Shown in pieces: positions 25,863 through 30,000 of a stretch of 30,000 bases of DNA. Positions within the stretch are counted from its first letter, which is position 1. Every line of letters starts with the position of its first letter. Source of the stretch: Caballeronia pedi (GTDB lineage: Bacteria; Pseudomonadota; Gammaproteobacteria; Burkholderiales; Burkholderiaceae); the NCBI RefSeq assembly GCF_001544915.2, contig NZ_FCOE02000043.1, positions 1 through 30,000 of the forward strand. Reading direction: 5' to 3'. A program made the translations under genes and the position numbers. Under the pieces are notes generated by a model, which was not told where the DNA came from, did not search any database, and saw only the letters and a list, made by a program, of their open reading frames with translations.

Positions 25863-27116
25863 TCAGACGGCCCGGATTTCCTGCATGCGCGCAACCTGCT
25901 CCGCGCTATAGCCAAGCTCGAGCAGCACTTCCTCGGTGTGCTCGCCCAGCAGCGGCGAGCCCGTGATTTCCGGCTTCAGATCCGAGAACTTGATCGGGCT
26001 GCCGACCGTGAGGTACTTGCCGCGCACCTTGTGATCCACTTCGACGATCGAGCCGCTCGCGCGCAACGATTCATCGTTCGCGAGTTCTTTCATCGTCAGC
26101 ACCGGCGCGCACGGAATATCGAACTTGCGCAGGATATCGACGGCTTCGAACTTGGTCTTGTCGGCGAGCCATGCTTCGATCGTATTGAAAATTTCGAAGA
26201 TGTGCGGCTGGCGCGCTTCGGCCGTCATGTAGTTCGGGTCCTGAATCCATTCCGGCTTGCCGATCGCGCGGCAGATCGGCGCCCACGCGTGACCCTGAAT
26301 CGTGAAGTAGATATACGCGTTCGGGTCGGTTTCCCAGCCCTTGCACTTGAGCACCCAGCCCGGCTGTCCGCCGCCGCCCGCATTGCCGCCGCGCGGCACC
26401 ACATCGCTGAACGTGCCGTGCGGATATTGCGGATACTCTTCCAGATAGCCGACGCGATCCAGGCGCTGCTGATCGCGCAGCTTCACGCGGCACAGGTTGA
26501 GCACGCTATCCTGCATCGACACGGCGACTTTCTGCCCCTTGCCCGTTTGCTGACGGCCGATGATCGCCGTGAGAATGCCGATCGCCAGATGCATGCCGGT
26601 GTTGCTGTCGCCGAGCGCGGCTGCGCTGATGGTCGGCGGACCGTCCCAGAAGCCCGTCGTCGAGGCCGCGCCACCCGCGCATTGCGCGACGTTTTCATAG
26701 ACCTTCAGATCGTCGTAATGGTGGCCGTCGCTGAAGCCCTTGACGGATGCCACGATGAGCTTCTTGTTCAGTTCGTGGATGTTTTCCCACGAGAAGCCCA
26801 TGCGGTCGAGCGCGCCCGGACCGAAGTTCTCGACCAGCACGTCCGATTCGCGGATCAGCTTGGTCAGCACTTCCTTGCCTTCGTCCGTCTTCGTATCGAG
26901 CGTCAAGGAGCGCTTGTTGCTGTTGAGCATCGTGAAATACAGCGCGTCGGCGTCCGGAATGTCGCGCAACTGGTTGCGCGTGACGTCACCCGAACCGGGA
27001 CGTTCGACCTTGATCACATCCGCACCGAACCAGGCCAGCATCTGAGTGCATGCGGGACCGGCTTGCACGTGCGTGAAGTCGATGATCTTGATGCCTTTGA
27101 GTGGTTTGTCGCTCAA
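25863..27116 (-). CDS. frc: Formyl-CoA:oxalate CoA-transferase
   Basis: 417 aa, colinear with Oxalobacter formigenes Frc as I recall it: [29 protein letters not shown], the [11 protein letters not shown] catalytic Asp region, and the glycine loop [10 protein letters not shown]. It uses a TTG start at 27114-27116, 6 nt after an AGGAGA RBS. Confidence 0.95.
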   Translation of the reverse strand: MSDKPLKGIKIIDFTHVQAGPACTQMLAWFGADVIKVERPGSGDVTRNQLRDIPDADALYFTMLNSNKRSLTLDTKTDEGKEVLTKLIRESDVLVENFGPGALDRMGFSWENIHELNKKLIVASVKGFSDGHHYDDLKVYENVAQCAGGAASTTGFWDGPPTISAAALGDSNTGMHLAIGILTAIIGRQQTGKGQKVAVSMQDSVLNLCRVKLRDQQRLDRVGYLEEYPQYPHGTFSDVVPRGGNAGGGGQPGWVLKCKGWETDPNAYIYFTIQGHAWAPICRAIGKPEWIQDPNYMTAEARQPHIFEIFNTIEAWLADKTKFEAVDILRKFDIPCAPVLTMKELANDESLRASGSIVEVDHKVRGKYLTVGSPIKFSDLKPEITGSPLLGEHTEEVLLELGYSAEQVARMQEIRAV

Positions 27117-27144
27117 TTGAAATCTCCTGGGTGGCTGGTCTTGA

Positions 27145-28887
27145 TTACTTTTTCATCGCCGCGGTTTGCGGGTTCAGATTCGTCAGGCGACCGCTCTCCG
27201 TGCCGGCCGTTTCATCGATCACTGCGTTGATCAGCGTCGGCTTGCCCGACTTGATCGCTTCCTCGAGTGCATGCGTGAGCTCTTCGGGCGTCGTCGCGTG
27301 GAAGCCGATGCCGCCGAATGCCTCGATCATCTTGTCGTAACGCGCATTCTTCACGAACACGGTCGGCGCGACGTCCTTGCCACCGGTCGGATTCACATCG
27401 GTGCCGCGATACACGCCGTTGTTGTTGAAGACGATGGTGCAGACCGGCAAGTCGTATCGGCAGATGGTTTCGAGTTCCATGCCGCTGAAGCCGAACGCGC
27501 TGTCGCCTTCGATCGCGACGACCTGCTTGCCGCTCGTCACCGCCGCGCCGATCGCGAAGCCCATGCCGATGCCCATGATTCCCCACGTGCCCGAATCGAA
27601 GCGCTTGCGCGGCTCATACATGTCGATGATGCTGCGCGCATAGTCGAGCGTGTTCGCACCTTCGTTGACGACGTTGATGTCCGGGCGCGTCTTCAGCACG
27701 TCGCGAATGGCGCGCAGCGCGCTGTGAAAATTCATCGGCGACGGATTCTTCGCGAGCGTGGCCGCCATCTTTTCGAGGTTCTTGTTCTTGCGCTCGTTGA
27801 TCGCGCCCGTCCATTCGCCCGACGGCTTCGGGAAGCCCGCATCGATGCCCGCGACGAGCGCCGACACACACGAACCGATGTCGCCGATCACCGGCGCCGC
27901 GATCGCGACGTTGCTGTCGATCTCGGTCGGCGAGATGTCGATCTGCACGAACTGCTTGGGCGCCGCCCCCCAGGTCTTGCCCTTGCCGTGCGCGAGCAGC
28001 CAGTTCAGACGCGCGCCGATCAGCACGACGCAGTCCGCTTCCTGCAGCACGAAGGAACGCGCCGCCGACGCCGATTGCGCATGCGTGTCGGGCAGCAGGC
28101 CCTTCGCCATCGACATCGGCAGATACGGAATGCCGCTCTTCTCGACCAGTTCGCGAATCTGCGCATCGGCTTGCGCGTAGGCCGCGCCCTTGCCCAGCAG
28201 AATCAGCGGACGCTTCGCGCTCTTGATCACGTCGAGTGCGCGCTTCACCGAATCCGGCGACGGCAACTGACGCGGCGCGGCATCGACCACCTTGATCAGC
28301 GATTGCTGGCCCTTGAGCGCGTCCATCGTCTGTGCGAGCAGCTTGGCGGGCAGATCGAGATACACGCCGCCCGGACGGCCCGACACGGCTGCGCGAATCG
28401 CCCGCGCAATGCCGATGCCGATGTCCTCCGCATGCAGCACGCGATAGGCCGCCTTGGCATACGGCTTCGCCGCGTTCAGCTGGTCCATCTCTTCGTAGTC
28501 GCCCTGCTGCAGATCGACGATCTCGCGCTCGCTGGAGCCGCTGATCAGGATCATCGGGAAGCAGTTGGTGGTGGCGTTGGCGAGCGCGGTCAGGCCGTTC
28601 AGGAAGCCCGGCGCCGACACGGTCAGGCAGATGCCCGGCTTCTGCGTCATGTAGCCGGCGATCGCGGCCGCGTTGCCCGCATGCTGCTCATGACGGAAAC
28701 CGATGAAGCGCATGCCTTCCGCCTGCGCGAGGCGCGCCAGGTCGGTGATCGGAATGCCGACGAGGCCGAAGATCGTGTCGATGTCGTTGAGCTTCAGCGC
28801 ATCGATGACCAGGTGGAAACCGTCAGTCGTCTGCTGCACTTTTTCTTCAGCGACTGCCTGCGCGCTTTCCTCGAGTACGTCTGCCAT
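27145..28887 (-). CDS. oxc: Oxalyl-CoA decarboxylase (ThDP-dependent)
   Basis: 580 aa. ThDP-binding motif [31 protein letters not shown] and overall colinearity with Oxc. AGGAGG RBS upstream. It lies 28 nt upstream of frc. Confidence 0.95.
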   Translation of the reverse strand: MADVLEESAQAVAEEKVQQTTDGFHLVIDALKLNDIDTIFGLVGIPITDLARLAQAEGMRFIGFRHEQHAGNAAAIAGYMTQKPGICLTVSAPGFLNGLTALANATTNCFPMILISGSSEREIVDLQQGDYEEMDQLNAAKPYAKAAYRVLHAEDIGIGIARAIRAAVSGRPGGVYLDLPAKLLAQTMDALKGQQSLIKVVDAAPRQLPSPDSVKRALDVIKSAKRPLILLGKGAAYAQADAQIRELVEKSGIPYLPMSMAKGLLPDTHAQSASAARSFVLQEADCVVLIGARLNWLLAHGKGKTWGAAPKQFVQIDISPTEIDSNVAIAAPVIGDIGSCVSALVAGIDAGFPKPSGEWTGAINERKNKNLEKMAATLAKNPSPMNFHSALRAIRDVLKTRPDINVVNEGANTLDYARSIIDMYEPRKRFDSGTWGIMGIGMGFAIGAAVTSGKQVVAIEGDSAFGFSGMELETICRYDLPVCTIVFNNNGVYRGTDVNPTGGKDVAPTVFVKNARYDKMIEAFGGIGFHATTPEELTHALEEAIKSGKPTLINAVIDETAGTESGRLTNLNPQTAAMKK

Positions 28888-28918
28888 TTTGTCTCCTCCT
28901 GATGGATGGTTATCGTGG

Positions 28919-28952
28919 TGATATACTAGATATCAGATACTGAATTTGTCAA
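28919..28952 (-). promoter_or_regulatory. Putative oxc-frc promoter (TTGACA-N18-TAGTAT) with an overlapping inverted repeat TGATAT-N5-ATATCA
   Basis: On the minus strand, -35 TTGACA lies at 28952-28947 and -10 TAGTAT at 28928-28923. A perfect 6-bp inverted repeat at 28919-28935 covers the -10. The whole element sits in an AT-rich island within otherwise GC-rich DNA. Confidence 0.4.
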
Positions 28953-28995
28953 AGCCTATTTTTCGTTTTTTTTGGGCCAACCCTTCTTGAAACCG

Positions 28996-29022
28996 AGGCC
29001 GCGGACGTCCGTCACGCGGCCT
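28996..29022 (-). terminator. Stem-loop between oxlT and oxc (possible terminator or attenuator)
   Basis: AGGCCGCG-N11-CGCGGCCT, an 8-bp stem starting about 27 nt after the oxlT stop. On the minus strand only a weak U-containing tail follows. Confidence 0.4.
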
Positions 29023-29048
29023 TTGCGTTTCTACGTGTCAACGGGTCT

Positions 29049-30000
29049 TCATCGAGCCGACGACTTGCTCGGCGCTTCCGTCCAGTCAGACGGGAACGAC
29101 ATGCCAAGCGGCGGTGGCGAAGCGGTCTGCGTGATCGTGTTTTCTATCCAGCGGCGGCGCATTGGCGCGAGTACGAACTTGGCGCATACGCCCGCTGCTA
29201 TCGACGTGATCGCGGTCGTGATGAACACCGTGTTCCACGAGCCGAACGACGCCAGCACGGAAGCCACCGGCACCATCATCGAGGCCGTCCCTTTGGCCGT
29301 GTACAGCGTGCCCGCGTTGGCGGCGGCGTACTTGCTGCCGAAGGTGTCGGCGCAGGTCGCCGGGAATATCGAAAAGATCTCGCCCCAGCACAGGAACGTC
29401 AGCGCCGCGAACACCATGAACATGTAGGGGTTCTGGCCGAACTGCATCAGCCCGAGCAGCGCGACGCCCTCGCCCAGAAAGATGATGAACATGGTGTTTT
29501 CCCGGCCGATCTTGTCCGAGATGAAGCCGCATAGCGGGCGCGTGAAACCGTTGCACAGGTTGTCGATGGACAGCGTCATCGCGAGCAGCGGCAAGGTCGC
29601 GCCGAACAGGCTCACCGGCATGCTGGCGAAGCCGTATTCCTTGGCGATCGGTCCGAACTGCGCCGTGGCGATCACGCCGCCCGCCGCCACCGCGACGAAC
29701 ATCGCATACAGTACCCAGAAGATGGGCGCACGCACCATCTGCCCGGTCGTGTAGTCGATCTTGGTCGACACGATGCGTTTGGCCGGCGCCAGGTTCGCGG
29801 GCGGCTTCGGCCGCACGAGCAACAGCGCGAGCACGAAGATCACCGCGCCTTGCAGACTGCCGAAGAACATGAACGCGCTTTCGTAGCCGGAGCTCTGGAT
29901 CATGTTGGAGATCGGGATCACGGTCACGGCCGCGCCCGCGCCGAAGCCTGCCGCCGTCAGCCCTGCCGCGAGGCCGCGCTTGTCCGGAAACCACTTCAGC
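29049..30000 (-). CDS. oxlT: Oxalate:formate antiporter-family MFS transporter, C-terminal part (5' end lies beyond the right edge)
   Basis: ORF 29049..29927 continues in frame to the window edge. My translation upstream of the first Met reads KWFPDKRGLAAGLTAAGFGAGAAVTVIPIS, a typical OFA-family loop. The rest is polytopic and hydrophobic. Confidence 0.85.
   Translation of the reverse strand, partial: LKWFPDKRGLAAGLTAAGFGAGAAVTVIPISNMIQSSGYESAFMFFGSLQGAVIFVLALLLVRPKPPANLAPAKRIVSTKIDYTTGQMVRAPIFWVLYAMFVAVAAGGVIATAQFGPIAKEYGFASMPVSLFGATLPLLAMTLSIDNLCNGFTRPLCGFISDKIGRENTMFIIFLGEGVALLGLMQFGQNPYMFMVFAALTFLCWGEIFSIFPATCADTFGSKYAAANAGTLYTAKGTASMMVPVASVLASFGSWNTVFITTAITSIAAGVCAKFVLAPMRRRWIENTITQTASPPPLGMSFPSDWTEAPSKSSAR

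Noticed and set aside
1-30000. Search for CRISPR repeats, tRNA or rRNA genes, IS elements, integrases, phage genes, toxin-antitoxin pairs or known defence modules.
   Set aside because: None was found. Every intergenic gap is about 245 nt or shorter and is accounted for by promoters or hairpins. No transposase- or integrase-like ORF, no periodic repeat array and no long inverted terminal repeats were seen by eye. A computational repeat and tRNA scan would still be worthwhile.

Overview
Dense, high-GC (Burkholderiaceae-like, probably Paraburkholderia or Burkholderia) chromosomal segment with about 27 protein-coding genes and intergenic gaps of at most about 245 nt. I found no rRNA, tRNA, CRISPR array, transposase, integrase, phage gene or recognisable defence gene. 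Gene order from left to right: (1) etfBA, with etfA cut by the window edge. (2) A minus-strand run of aldehyde dehydrogenase, GMC flavo-oxidoreductase and a four-gene CUT2-type sugar ABC importer that continues into etfBA with only a 30-nt gap. (3) A TetR regulator, a divergent family-I CoA-transferase, and a tightly packed five-gene plus-strand operon: acyl-CoA dehydrogenase, SDR, DUF993, xylose-isomerase-like TIM barrel, Gfo/Idh/MocA oxidoreductase. (4) A small orphan ORF whose 3' end overlaps, convergently, a lipoprotein of the barnase/RNase Sa family that appears to lack its catalytic residues. (5) acnB with a clear promoter and terminator. (6) pntA, pntB and a ketopantoate-reductase-family gene. 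(7) An FAH-family hydrolase and a stand-alone PAS protein. (8) The known oxalate module oxlT (partial), oxc, frc. The best candidate for an undescribed system is the roughly 16.5-kb locus at 1-16523. It mixes sugar-type uptake and oxidation enzymes with CoA-thioester and ETF-linked enzymes. Both of its divergent control regions carry the same 16-nt box, CACCA-N3-GGTTACTT, next to the TetR gene. I could not match it to any characterised pathway from memory. All functional calls come from reading the translated ORFs for family hallmarks. No database search was run, and start codons are my own RBS-based choices.
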